From NCBI GenBank assembly GCA_025558095.1, contig JAIVFI010000009.1, forward strand, positions 372,001 through 436,000: a DNA stretch of 64,000 nucleotides. Direction: 5' to 3'. Of the stretch, positions 1 through 11,662 are shown piece after piece. Positions within the stretch are counted from its first letter, which is position 1. Each line of letters opens with the position of its first letter. A program made the position numbers and the translations under genes. This stretch comes from Hyaloraphidium curvatum SAG 235-1. Taxonomy: Eukaryota; Fungi; Monoblepharomycota. The notes under the pieces were generated by a model. It saw nothing but the letters and a program-made list of their open reading frames with translations. It was not told the origin of the DNA and ran no database searches.

Positions 1-770
1 TCATTCTGGACAGACTCATCCGCCACCGAGGCATAGTAGCCTGCCAATGCATCCAATAGCGGCAAAATGGCGGACCAGGCGTTTGCCGCGAAGCTCAAGA
101 AAGCTTTTCCTCTCCGAATTCTGCGTGTGGCTGCGGAAGGGAGTTGGCGGAGCTTGGAGCTGACGGGTGAACCGGGCCAACCTCGTAGGGTCATCTCGGA
201 GACCACGAGAAACTCGTTGAGCATCCCTCGATTGGCCGCCCAGTCTGTCGCCTCAATTTCCGATACGGGCAGCATAGAGAGCCTCTCCAATCCGATCATG
301 TGGATCTCCCTTGCGTTGCATTGGTCACCGATCGCCAGCAGGACGTCTTCGGCCGCCGAGGCGGATCCCCGGACGGCCGCATCCGACTCGAATGAGCAAG
401 CCGTATAGGGAGCAAGGAGGTGGACAATGTCCCAGCCTATCTGGTGCAGCAACGAGTCGCTCGTCTTCGAGCGGCGCGGCGTCAACAACCGTCCAAACGG
501 AAGTGCTCCGACAGGCACCTGTGACGCAGAATGCACGTCGAGCAACAGCTCGTCCCGGATCGCGGTGACCACGATCTGGCCCTCTCCGGGCGAAGTCCTT
601 GTCCAGCGGTCGACATCCTCCAACGTGTTCACAACGCACGCCTTCGCGGCCGCCAGACGCGTTTCCACGAGGTCACTCTGGTCTTCATGGTTGGTTCGTA
701 CGGCATCGCGGTACTCTTGGCACGCTCCTCGTAGCTCGGCCACCAAGTCGGCAGGGAGACGCGTCGTCAT
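1..770 (-). CDS. Partial gene (5' part; runs off the left edge), probable glomulin/Ybp1/ALF4-family protein
   Basis: Minus-strand translation from ATG 770: MTTRLPADLVAELRG...IGWDIVHLLAPY...EDVLLAIGDQCNAREIHMIGLERL. The GWD(L/I) and (N/S)(P/A)RE motifs resemble the N-terminus of glomulin/YAP-binding proteins. Family call is from motif recall only. Confidence 0.5.
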   Translation of the reverse strand, partial: MTTRLPADLVAELRGACQEYRDAVRTNHEDQSDLVETRLAAAKACVVNTLEDVDRWTRTSPGEGQIVVTAIRDELLLDVHSASQVPVGALPFGRLLTPRRSKTSDSLLHQIGWDIVHLLAPYTACSFESDAAVRGSASAAEDVLLAIGDQCNAREIHMIGLERLSMLPVSEIEATDWAANRGMLNEFLVVSEMTLRGWPGSPVSSKLRQLPSAATRRIRRGKAFLSFAANAWSAILPLLDALAGYYASVADESVQN

Positions 771-900
771 TTGTTTGGTCGTTGAGTGACCACCAACTCC
801 GACTCACCCTCAATTCTGGGGCGGTGCTCCGCATAGCAGGCCGTGAGCAGCGCAAAGCATTTGCAGAGTCCGCGGCTTGCAAAGGCCAGCGGATCCCGCA

Positions 901-2708
901 ATGCGGCCGCAGTGGTCGGACGGGCGCAAGCTTCGCAAGTCTGTTGTCTCGCCGCGGGAGCGGCAGGAGCCGAAGGTCCCGGTATCTTCGCCCACGCGCC
1001 GGCAACCTCCGAGCAGCGACAGTGCCGGAGGAGCTGGGCGGACGGAGGTTCTTGGGCCTCAACGGACCGGCTCACGGAACCTGAGGGACTCTGCAAAGTC
1101 GACGTCTTCGGCACGGCCATCGTCCGCAACCATCGTGCTCGATGCTTCGGCCATACTTCGGATCCAGGCTAGCTTTGTCTTCGTTGGCAGGTCACCCCTG
1201 ACTCTGACGGATCTTCGCATCAGGAGGCCGCCACGGTGCTTTCCGAAGACGAGGTCGAGTCCCGTCGCCGTTCGCAACGCGACGAATGGTTCAGGGGCCT
1301 GGAGGAGCAGCAGAGCAAAGCTGGGGAAGAAGGTCGACGGCGGGTTGCCGCAGCACGTGCGCAGTTACAGGAGGAGTGCTCGCACCTCGCCGAAGAACAG
1401 CTACGCGAACGCGAGGCCATCGTGCAGAGAGCCGAGCAGCTTCGCGAGGATGAGATCGACGAGGTCAAGAAAATGAACCAATTGGTCAACTACGCAATTG
1501 TTGCCACCATTCGGAGCCAGCAGATGGAAGAGAGGGTGTGTTCAAGTCCCTCCGAAGGGTCGCACGGCAGCTCACGATAAATCGATGCAGGATTGGCTGC
1601 AGCTTGCGAAAGAAGCCGAGGAAGAAGCCCAAAACAGGGAGCTGGAGCGGGTTCGAATCGAATCGGCGCGGCAGCTGGCGGAAAGGGAAGAGCTTCGCAG
1701 GAAAGGTGAGCGACTTCATGGCTACCGTCGGTGGCCGGATCCGTGCTGAATCGTCACAAGTGCTCCGCGAGGGTGCGACGCTCATCAGGCAGCAAATGGC
1801 GGAAAGGGAGGAACAGAGGCAGGTTGCAAAAGCCCGCCACGACGAGGAGGTCAAGGCCACGGTGGAGCGCATACGGGAGCTGCAGAATCTGGAGCGCGCC
1901 GAGAGGGAAGAACGTCAGCGTGCCCAGCACGCCCTCCTCGAAGAGATATCAAGGATCAATGCGGCTGCGGTCGAGGCCAAGAAGCGGGCTCGCGCCCAGG
2001 CACAGGAGGAAGATGCGCAGATCATGGCTTATCTGCTCCAAAAAGACGAGCGAGAGGCGGAGATGGAAGCCCAGGAAGCTGCCCGCCGTCAGCAGAGGGA
2101 AACGGACCTCGCACAGCTGCGATCGATGCAGCAGCGCGCCACGGACACGAATGCTCAGATGGACGAGCTCCGTGCGCAAAAGGCCGCCTTTCAGTACGAG
2201 CAGGAATGCCGCAGGAAAGAGGCCGAAGCCGCCGCGAGGCTCAATAGGCAGAGGCAGGAGCTTCGCGAGGAGCGCGATCGCCAACGGATGGCACGGGAGC
2301 ACGCAATCTCGGTCGAGGTCCGTTGTCGTTCGGGAAGCCCGTCCGCATCCGCACTAACCTGCCAGCATCCCCGCACGATTTCTCCAGGCGCACAAACTCA
2401 AGGAGGAGTTCTTTGCGGCGGTGCGCCACCAGGAGCAGCTGGACGCGAAGGTCAAGGAGGAGGAAGCGAGGGCCGAGGAACTTCGGAAGCGGTACATTGC
2501 CGAAGTCAGCGGCCAGATCGATGCCAAGGAGAAGCTGAGGGAAAGGGAGAGGGTCGAGTTCTTCCGAGAGGGCGACATTATCGCGGAGCAGCAGAGACAG
2601 CAGATCGCAAGGCTGCAGAGCATCCGCGACCGCAAGCTGGCGGAGCTGAAGAGCCTCGGAGTGCCGGACATTTTCATGACGGAGCTCCAGAAGCTCACGT
2701 TTGCGTAG
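901..2708 (+). CDS. CFAP45: Cilia- and flagella-associated protein 45 (TPH coiled-coil microtubule inner protein), multi-exon
   Basis: EDEIDEVKKMNQLVNYAIVATIRSQQ, LAQLRSMQQRATDTNAQMDELRA and RKLAELKSLGVPDIF align by eye with CFAP45/CCDC19. About 4 short introns; start codon inferred. Confidence 0.85.
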
Positions 2709-2786
2709 TGAGGTCCTGGATTCGAGGAGGGTGTATACACGCCGGCGTCAACCACGCAATATTGACAGAAACGCTACCGGTCCGCG

Positions 2787-5327
2787 ATGCCCCCTCGGCT
2801 CCCCCGAGGGCCGGGACGACCAACGCGACATGATTTTGGGATACCCTTGCAGCGAAGCCCCGCGGCTCTGGGACGTCGGTGTCCCCCGGCGTCGCCAAAC
2901 ACGGATCCGGGATGTCGGGGGACGAGATCATGGGCCGGTCGCCTCCTCGGGGCCTTATTTGGGAGGTCCACGGACGATACGAGGCCTGCTGGCCAGATTC
3001 CGAGCGGAGGCTCTGCTCCGGTGGATCGGAAAGCGGGTTCCCAACCCCCTCCGCCGGGAGGCGGAGATGAGCCGTGGTGGAAGCCGGCGAGGTCCAAACC
3101 ACGGCGAGGTTCGGAGTCGCCTACTTCCGACTCTGGACAAGGAGGATCCGAGGCCGGTGCGGACGCGAAAAGGCCCGCCGTTACGGTCCCTGCCTTGAAG
3201 CTGGCGACCAAAGCGACAGCGAGAGTTCAACCTGTCGCGGCGGCTGTGACCTCGCACGGGCTACTGGGGAGGAAACGGAAGGCGCATTTGGTTTCGGACA
3301 AGTCGGACGAGTCGTTTTGGGCTTCTGCAATGTCTGGTGACACCGAGATGGGAGCTTTGGAGGGAGAGGACTCGCTCGAAACTGCGGCGCCCGACGACAA
3401 GCGGGACAACGTGGAGGCGATCGATCACACGATGTTGGATTACAGAGGTGCGGAGTGCTGGAGAGTAACGTAACCAGGGCATCTGGAACTTACTGGGCCC
3501 AACAGTCGTCCGCGGGAATGTGGCTGTTCAGGTCGCCCGTCTCCGACCCGGTCTAGACAAGATTCTTTTCAAGTGGGCTGCTGCTTGCCGACTAGGCCCG
3601 CAGATTCCATGCTTAAACGTTTCCCCAATCTAGTCCCGGGGTCCACTACCTCCAGTGCCCGCGCACGGGCGTCTACAACTTCAGCCCCCACCTGAAGAAG
3701 ATTCGCCAGCCGGACGAGTTTGACTTCCGCACGCTGCCTCCGTACCGCACCGCGTCGAAGGACCCGTCGCTGATTGAGATGTCAAAGACGCACGGATCGC
3801 GTTACTGCGGATCCACGTCGTCCATGACGAGCCTGCTCTCCCAGTTCTGCTTCCTCCTTACCCAGCACAAGCCCATCGACACCCGGGATCTGTCTGCAAT
3901 ATTCGAAAGCCAGATCAAGACAATGACGAAGCTCACGCGCGCACCGACGTCTGTGATTGTGAACTGGAAGGACGGCTGCTACGCCATCGACGCCGAAAAA
4001 CCCAACAGCGAAGCGGACGATGACCAGGCTTTCTTTCCGGAGACTGCCGACGACCAATCCAAGGACAATATGATTCTTGCTGCGTTGGTGAGAACCGCGG
4101 CACGGCTTGGCGGACGGCTCGATCGCTGATCAACGTCATGGTTTTGCGCAGGGAAAGATAATGGAGAAGCAGCTCACCCTGCCGGAGGACGAGTTCCGCA
4201 TGCACTTGTTGGGAAACTCCGACGAACTTGTGCGCAACAAGATCTACCAGAAACCCGAAGCATTCCACTTTGCGACGGCGTCCAAGTTCATGCTCCGAGC
4301 CCAGCTCGACTGCTACGACACCCGCCTGCCCAAGGGCTCCTTCGATCTGAAGACGCGTGCTCTTCTGGCTATCCGCATGGACCAGGAGAACTACAGGGTT
4401 CGTGTTGCCCCGCCACTATCGCCGAAACGGTGAGGACTTACGAACGATGCGATACTCTCCAGGACAACCTCGTGTACCGCCTCAAGAAGACCACGGGGCT
4501 GTACGAGTCCTTCGAGCGAGAGTACTACGACATGCTCCGCTCGGCGTTCCTCAAGTACTCGCTCCAGGTCAGGATCGGGAACATGGACGGGATCTTCGTC
4601 TGCTACCACAACACGGACGAGATTTTCGGTTTCCAGTACATCCCTCTGGAGACCATGGACGAGCAGCTTTTCGGAAGCACGTTGCTGGCGGAGCAGACGT
4701 TCCGGAACTCGTTGCTTCTACTCGAGAGACTGCTCGATCGGGCCACCGCGGAGCTCCCGGGGCAGTCCTTCCGCCTGACACTGCACGCAAAAGAGAACCA
4801 GGAGGTGCGTCCAAAAGGTGTTTGCGACGACTTCTCTCATCTCACCGCTGCTTCGATCTCAGCTCCTGGTCGCTTTCGTTCAGTCAATCGACGATCCCGA
4901 CACCATCATGAAGTACTCGCTGGTATCGCGGTCGGCCATCAACGGTATCCGGCAGCGCGGACCTTTCAATTTGACGAAGCCGGATGACAAGTGGACGGTG
5001 TTTTTCAAGATCGAGGACGGCGGGGATACCCGGAGCCCCGCGCAGCGATACCTCTTGCGGGCCGAGTACGAGAAGCTGCGGTCCGACTGCGTCAATCTCA
5101 TGGACAAGGCCGCCATGGCGTCGCGAACCAACAGTGACCACCTGATGAACAGGATTCGGAAGGTGTTCCAGCAGGATGGGGCTGGCCAGGGCCCCACGAA
5201 AGCCTCGGGACCTGTCCAGACACCGGACTGGTACGCCGACTTTGCACCTGGCCCGAGCGAACCCCAAAACCCCGGCGTTGTGCTTCCGTCTCCACCGCGC
5301 ACCAACGCTCCTTCGGCACGGATGTAG
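2787..5327 (+). CDS. PET127: Mitochondrial RNA 5'-processing exoribonuclease Pet127, multi-exon
   Basis: STSSMTSLLSQF, MLRAQLDCYDTRLPKGSFDLKTRA and SFEREYYDMLRSAFLKYSLQVRIGNMDGIFVCYHN are Pet127 hallmarks. Arg-rich N-terminus suits mitochondrial targeting; start inferred. Confidence 0.9.
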
Positions 5328-5378
5328 TGGCAGTTTGAAACATGCATGCTTTGCCGCAAGCCCCGTGGATTCCAGTTC

Positions 5379-5384
5379 TGTACA
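5379..5384. terminator. Palindromic TGTACA (UGUA on both strands) in the 61-bp PET127/eL28 convergent gap; candidate 3'-end signal
   Basis: CTGTACAG at 5378-5385; the same hexamer recurs in two other equally short convergent gaps. Confidence 0.45.
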
Positions 5385-5388
5385 GCAC

Positions 5389-6206
5389 CTAGGCAGAAGC
5401 AGCCTTCTTCCCCCGAGGCTTCTTCGTCTTCGGCTTTACCTCCTTCGCAACTCGGCCCTGGGCAGCAAGCAGCGCAGAGACCTTGGCCTTGACGGCCTGC
5501 AGACGGGGCGGGATTCGGTTAGCATCCACATTGCGCTCAAGCCGCCCCCCGACGCCTCAGATGCCGTCAAAATATCGCCATCATTATTGCTGCCGGCCTG
5601 GGACTCGTCGCCACGGCAGCTGCCCAATGAAGTTGGCTTTCAATCTCGCAACCCCGGTCGAGGCCGGGATATCTACGCCCGCAAGGAACCAGTGCACGCA
5701 TCGCGTCGCACCCTCCAAAAGGCTCTAGCTTGATGCTTGGCCATCGCGACGGCCTCACAGATGCAAGCGCAGTTCCCAAAGGGAGGCCAACCGCAGACCA
5801 CATTTCCCCCACACGCGTCCCAGAGCCCTCGATGCTACTCACGGGGGTCAGGTCAGGGCGGTAGTTCTTGATGAGCTTCTCCGCCTGGCGGTTTGCCGCC
5901 CGCGCGCCCTTCTTGATGGTCACGGAGCGCAGCGAAGCGGCGGGCGACGAGCCGCCCTTCTTGCTCCTCAGGGAAACCACAACGCCGCCCTCGGTGGCCG
6001 ACACATCGACCGTCTGCGCTCCTGTAAGCCTGATTCCCGCCAGCATGCCGGCCGCGACGCACCTTCGCGTTCGCGAGCCCGCTGGCCTTGAACGAGTTGA
6101 CGCCCGTGAGGTTCCCGGGCTCGCGCGCAAACTCGTAGCGCCCGCTCCGGAGGAGGAACGAGGAGTTGTTCCGGGTCACCAGCCAGATCAGGTCGGGAGA
6201 GGCCAT
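5389..6206 (-). CDS. RPL28: 60S ribosomal protein eL28 (L28e), 3 exons
   Basis: MASPDLIWLVTRNNSSFLLRSGRYEFAREPGNLTGVNSFKASGLANAK...YRPDLTP|AVKAKVSALLAAQ...KKAASA*. Last intron is 5497-5842. Confidence 0.93.
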
Positions 6207-6305
6207 GGTTGAAGGACGAGTCCAAGATGGCAGAAAACAAAGTTCCAAAGGCTTGGTCGCGAATCATCCATCAACTCAGTAACGGTCGGACCTTTCCTTA
6301 CCGCC

Positions 6306-7040
6306 ATGAGCAGCTCTTCGGAGGTTGATGTGGCACCATCTGCCACAGTTACACACGTGCTTTTCGACATGGACGGACTGCTCCTCGACACCGAGCGAAT
6401 ATACACCGAAGTGACTCAAAGCATCCTGTTCCGATTCGGCAAAGAGTACACGTTCGAGCTGAAAACCAAGCTCATGGGGTTGCCCTCGATGGCTGCGGCT
6501 CAGATCCTGGTGGAGGAGACCGGCGTGCCGATGACCGCTCAGGAGTATCTGGATGAGAGGAATGCGAAGCAGCTCCTGGCCTTCCGCGAGTCCAAGAAGA
6601 TGCCCGGAGCCCACAGGCTCGTCGAGCACCTCGCGGCCAAGGGTGTGCCGATCGCGGTGGCCTCCAGTAGCCACCGCGACATGTACAATGTGAAGGCCGC
6701 CAACAACTCGGACCTCTTTGAGCTCTTTGGAGAGCACATCACGTTGGGAAATGACCCGGAGATCAAGGGGCGCGGGAAACCGGAGCCGGATATCTATCTG
6801 TTGGCAGCACGGAGGCTAGGCGTTCCCCCGGGGGACGAGCATCGCTGCCTGGTGTTTGAAGACGCGCCCGCCGGAGTGAAGGCAGGGCTCGCGGCGGGGA
6901 TGCGCGTCGTCTGGGTGCCGGATCGGCGGATGGAGCTGGATCCCGAGCTCCTTGGGCCTGAGGTCGAGGTTATGTACAGCCTGGAGGAGTTCCGTCCGGA
7001 GCGATATGGCCTTCCACCCTTTGATCCCATCGATCAATAG
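6306..7040 (+). CDS. HAD-family hydrolase (pseudouridine-5'-phosphatase/HDHD1-like), intronless
   Basis: Motif I FDMDGLLLDTE, AVASSS, GKPEPDIY and LVFEDAPAG. Confidence 0.9.
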   Translation: MSSSSEVDVAPSATVTHVLFDMDGLLLDTERIYTEVTQSILFRFGKEYTFELKTKLMGLPSMAAAQILVEETGVPMTAQEYLDERNAKQLLAFRESKKMPGAHRLVEHLAAKGVPIAVASSSHRDMYNVKAANNSDLFELFGEHITLGNDPEIKGRGKPEPDIYLLAARRLGVPPGDEHRCLVFEDAPAGVKAGLAAGMRVVWVPDRRMELDPELLGPEVEVMYSLEEFRPERYGLPPFDPIDQ

Positions 7041-7318
7041 AAAGACGACGGGCAGCATCTGTCCCAGGACCCGATGCATCGAATAGCCCTGGTTTCCTGT
7101 GGCTGCAGCACCAAATGGGCCGTGGATGGAGGTCCGTGACTGATCATTGACTTCGTCCGCGCGCGTTCAACTTTTCCGCCCAACTCCGTGGCGCTCGTGA
7201 CGCGCTTTCGGCGGCGCAAGGCACGCCGAGTTGCTGCGGGTACTGTCTGGATTGGACCCGTCGCCAGATGTGCTCTGTGCCGAAGCGTTAGCCGCCGACA
7301 ATCGCCGACAGCCGTGGG

Positions 7319-8617
7319 ATGAGCGAAGGCGCCAGGAAGCGCAGGCCGGCCTTCTTTGGCGTTCATGCCGCCGCCGGCGGTGTTTCGTCGACAATTGCTG
7401 CGGCTATCACTTGCCCTCTGGAAGTCGGTGAGGAAGGCGGAGATCCGGCGTCGGACAACTTTGACCTGGACAACGTTGTCACGCGCGTCTGCTGCCATAC
7501 TTGCGCTGCCGCACGGACCAATCAGTGAAAACTCGTCAGCAGGTGGGCACGTTCCGGCATCGCTTCTGCGGGGAAGATCTGACTCCCTTGGCGGAAAACC
7601 CCAGTCGTCCATTTGGGCTCATTTGCGCAAGCACGAGGGGCCGAAAACTCTTTCCGAACGTTTGGTCGGGCCGTTTCAGACTACTGCGAGGGCTTTGGGA
7701 GAAGTCTATCGCAAGGAAGGACTGCGAGCGCTGTGGAAGGGGCTCGGACCGAACCTTGTTGGCGTGATCCCCGCGCGTTCGATCTATTTCGGCGTCTACG
7801 GCAAGGTGAAGCACACCTTGGCGGAACGGCATGGCCGAGAATGGTCTTGGATCCACATGGTGTCTGCGGCGACAGCCGGAGCAACCAGCGCGACGTTGAC
7901 GAGCCCCATATGGTTTGTCCTACAACCATCGCGGGTGTTGCGTCGCCTAACGGACTTCCTAGGCTTATCAAGACGCGAATGCAGTTGCAGTCGGACGCTG
8001 CCGGTCCAGATGGGGTCGCTCATCGGAAATACCGCAACAGCTGGCATTGCCTCCAGATGGTTCTGAAGGAAGAAGGTGTGCGGGGCCTGTACAAGGGCCT
8101 GTCCGCTTCATATCTCGGAATTGCGGAGAGCACGATCCAGTTCGTGACGTACGAGTGGCTCAAGGCGAAATTGCGGGAGCGTCGCATAGGGTACGCGGAT
8201 CCGACCCCGGGCATCCACGAGAAAACATTCGAAGGCAGGCTGAAGCGGATGCCAAATGGGGGCGAGCGCAGTTTGACCGCGCCGTTCTTCAGATTGGATG
8301 GAATCTTTCCTGACGGCTGCGTCCGCAAAGCTCTTCGCGGCGAGCGTGACATATCCACACGAGGTCATTCGGACGCGATTACGGGAGGCGCCGGTCGACG
8401 GAGGCCGGTCGAAGTACACGGGGATCGTGCAGTGCGCCAAACTGATCTACAAAGAGGAGGGGTTCGGCGCGCTCTACGGCGGCATGGCGACGCACCTCAT
8501 CCGGGTCGTGCCGAACGCCAGCATCATGTTCTTGATCTACGAGGTTTGCGAGCGTACGCTGCCTTTCTGTGCCCGGCTAACGTTCACGCCCAGGTCATCG
8601 TCTACACATTCTCCTAG
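7319..8617 (+). CDS. RIM2: Mitochondrial carrier, pyrimidine nucleotide transporter (Rim2/SLC25A33/36), multi-exon
   Basis: TCPLEV, KGLGPNLVGVIPARSIYF, KGLSASYLGIAESTIQFVTYE and YPHEVIRTRLRE. Confidence 0.9.
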
Positions 8618-8784
8618 CCACAGCATAGGCCGCGGCGCTCAGATGATACCACAATTACCTGGGGGAAAAGGATTGCAGAGGGCTGGCACGGCACCAGCTT
8701 TTGATTTGATTATGCTGTGTCGCTCATTAGATGTAAATGGCGAATGGACGGACCGTTGGCGCGGGCTCTTTTTGGGGTTTTGCG

Positions 8785-9935
8785 CTATGATTTGTTCGAC
8801 ATGCCGTTTGGTGTTACCCCGCCGCCGTTTCCGTCCAAGATCAGCTGCGCGAGGCTTAGACTCGCGTTGTTGATAACCGAGGAAGAGTTCGCGTTGGCTC
8901 CTGCCGTCGACGCCGCGCCCGACGACCCGCCCAGGCCGTAGAGCATCCCCAAGAACCGTTCGTCCGCAATCTTATCCTCGAAAAAGGTTTGCCGCATTTT
9001 GAAGAACGTCTTCGACGTCAGCAATGCGTCGCTCCCCGCCTGATGTTGCGGCCCTATCCGCTGGACCTGCAGACATCTTGAGCGTGAGAAACGACAAGAG
9101 AGCGCAACAACCGACCTGCAAGTCATCTGCCACCTCCTGAAGACCTCCCTTGAGCGTCTTACAGCTCTTCATAAGGTACTTGATGTCGTAGATACAGGGG
9201 AAGTAGGTTTTCAGGAGCTCGAAGAAGTCTGCCTCTTCGGCGGGGAGGGGGGAGCAGGTAAGGAGTTTGAGGAGGTACCCAAAATCGTAGCCACTGGGAG
9301 CCGGTTTGTTCAAACACCCCACAGACAGATGATGCTGTTAAGCCACGCACCTGTGGAAAGAAATCCACTTGACGTCGTCCATGAGCACCAATCCCGAGCT
9401 CATAAGGAGCTCGCCAAAGTGTTCGACATCAATCCCGTAATCTTCGTGCTTCTTGAAGTCCAAGCCCGACTTCTGCAAAAGCTCGATCGAATCCTGCGCG
9501 TACATGTCGTCCCTGCGGGAAAGAAACGCGTCAGAAGCGTACCCGCCCTCGAAAGGAGGACGTACTGCAGACTGAACTTGAAGTTGAACTGCCACGTGTT
9601 TGTGCCCGGCGGCAACCGTCCATCTTCGTCGGAAAAAGTGAGCCCCAGTTGGATTAACCGCAGCAGATCCACATTGCAGCGGAGGGTCTGGTAGTGGTAA
9701 TCCGCCGAAGTCTTGAAGTTCCCGATTGGTCGAGCGACGACGCCCGGGAATTCCGTGTCCTGGGCGAGGACCTCCTTCAGAATCGCGATGCCACCAAGGC
9801 AGTCGCGTCCCGGCGACATACCATCGCGACGTAGGGATATCGCTCGACCAGGTCCCGCAGGGTCACGAAGGCCTCCTCCACGTTGCTCTCCCACACCTCC
9901 ACAATCTCCGGTCCATTGGAGCTATTGCCGCTCAT
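8785..9935 (-). CDS. CAF1: CCR4-NOT deadenylase subunit Caf1/Pop2 (CNOT7), multi-exon
   Basis: YPYVAM|[41 protein letters not shown] and [14 protein letters not shown] (DEDD nuclease). Confidence 0.95.
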
Positions 9936-10183
9936 GTCTGAGCCCAGAGTTCATCCCCCAATCAGTCCGGCCGCGGGGAAACGCTGTGGCCTCGCGAGGG
10001 AACCCCAGCGGCGGGGTCTCCAATCCGTTGGCGACGCGGAGCCGCGCGGAAGGACAACGACAGCCGTCGAACAAGTTTGCACTCCCGAGTGCGGCCAGCG
10101 GCGTGGCGTAGGGTGACGAATGGAATGAACGTTGTAGTCAAGTCGCAGGCGCAGCGCGCAGCGACGTTCATCAACGCAACGAA

Positions 10184-11457
10184 ATGGATGTCCCCGGACT
10201 ACCCTCTGCGGCAGCGCCGCAGCTGCATGCCCTTGTTTCGAGGTTGCGTAGGAGGTTGGCACCTCGACGTTGCCCTCCTCCGGCGTCTCAAGGCCGTCCA
10301 AATGCAGACAGCTCCCGGAACCTTTCGAGACCGCGATGTACACGCTCCTGCTATTCCAGAACGTCTTCAACGCGTGCAAAAACCTCACGGGTGACCAATT
10401 CCTTGCTCTTGTTGCGGCCATCGATGGTGTTCTTGCCCGGGCGGACCCAACGAGTTCGTTCTCTTGGCTGCCGGCGTCGCAAAGGCTTTACGAAAGCTCT
10501 TGCTCCCTGTCTGGCAGATCTGGTACCCGGAAACATATGTGCGAGGTTGTCTCACATCATCAGAGAGGAGCACGAGGCCCACGCTGCCGATGGCGAGGCG
10601 GGGACCGCGTCTTCTTCGAACAACCTGGCCTTGAAGGTGGCGGACTTTAAGGTCGTTGTCATCGACGAGATCAAGGAACTCGTGGAGGAGATCAAGGCCC
10701 AGGACTACGATTTTGGGAAGCAGGCGCTCCATCTGGTGCACTCCAAGTGGGATCCGTCTCTCGGCCTCGATCTCGGTCGAGCTCACCCCACACCTCGGCA
10801 GCGAGGTTATTCTGACGCTGGGATACTCCAGAGCTGTCTTCCAATTCCTCAGAGCTGCACGTAGTCGGCGGATTACTGTGTTTGTGGCCGAGAATGCACC
10901 GAGGTCCGGATTGCGCGCCGAGTTTGGCTTGGCACAGACTTGACACCTTTGCAACACAGCTTGGACGGGCAAAAAATGGTGGAACATCTGCAACAAGCTT
11001 CCATCGATGCGTCTCTAGTCACGGATTCTGCGTGTTTTGCCCTGATGCCGCGGGTGCACAGGGTGCTTATCGCAGCAAACGCGATATCGCGGGTCGGGGG
11101 GGCGATCGCACCGGCAGGGACGCTTGCGCTTGCAGTTTTGGCTGCTCAGCGCCTGGTACCCGTATGCGTGTGCGCAGGATCGTACCAGTTGTCGAGCCAG
11201 GTGCCGCCAGAGGCGGAGAGCCTGGGCACCTTCGGAGACCCGACGTCGGTATGGCCAGCAGGCAAGTCAAATGTGCTGGGTTGCGAGAGGAGCCGCATTG
11301 ACTGTGGCATGCCGCAGGGGACAGCAACGTGCGCGTGCTGAACGCCACATGCGAGTATCTCGCGCCGGAGCACATCGATCTGATCATCACCCATGCCTCT
11401 GCGACCACGCCGGCGAATGCAATTCGGCAACTTAGCGACTTGGGTTTGGTCGGCTGA
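10184..11457 (+). CDS. GCD7: Translation initiation factor eIF2B beta subunit-like (IF-2B family), multi-exon
   Basis: GNICARLSHIIREE, HLVHSNEVILTLGYS, VFVAENAP and VTDSACFALMPRVHRVLI; somewhat divergent. Confidence 0.75.
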
Positions 11458-11662
11458 GAATAGACGATCGGGGCCTTCCGCTGTGAATCCAATCGACAGC
11501 GCGAGACTGGGCACCAACTTGTAACTCCGCCTCAATCACTCGCACACGAAGGATTGGACGCGTCACGCTCTTGGCCGCGTCTTTTTGTCGCGGAGAGTGA
11601 GGTTTCGGACGATCCGGCGCGACGCGGGGACGCACCTCTGGTCACTACGGGACACCGCGAGA

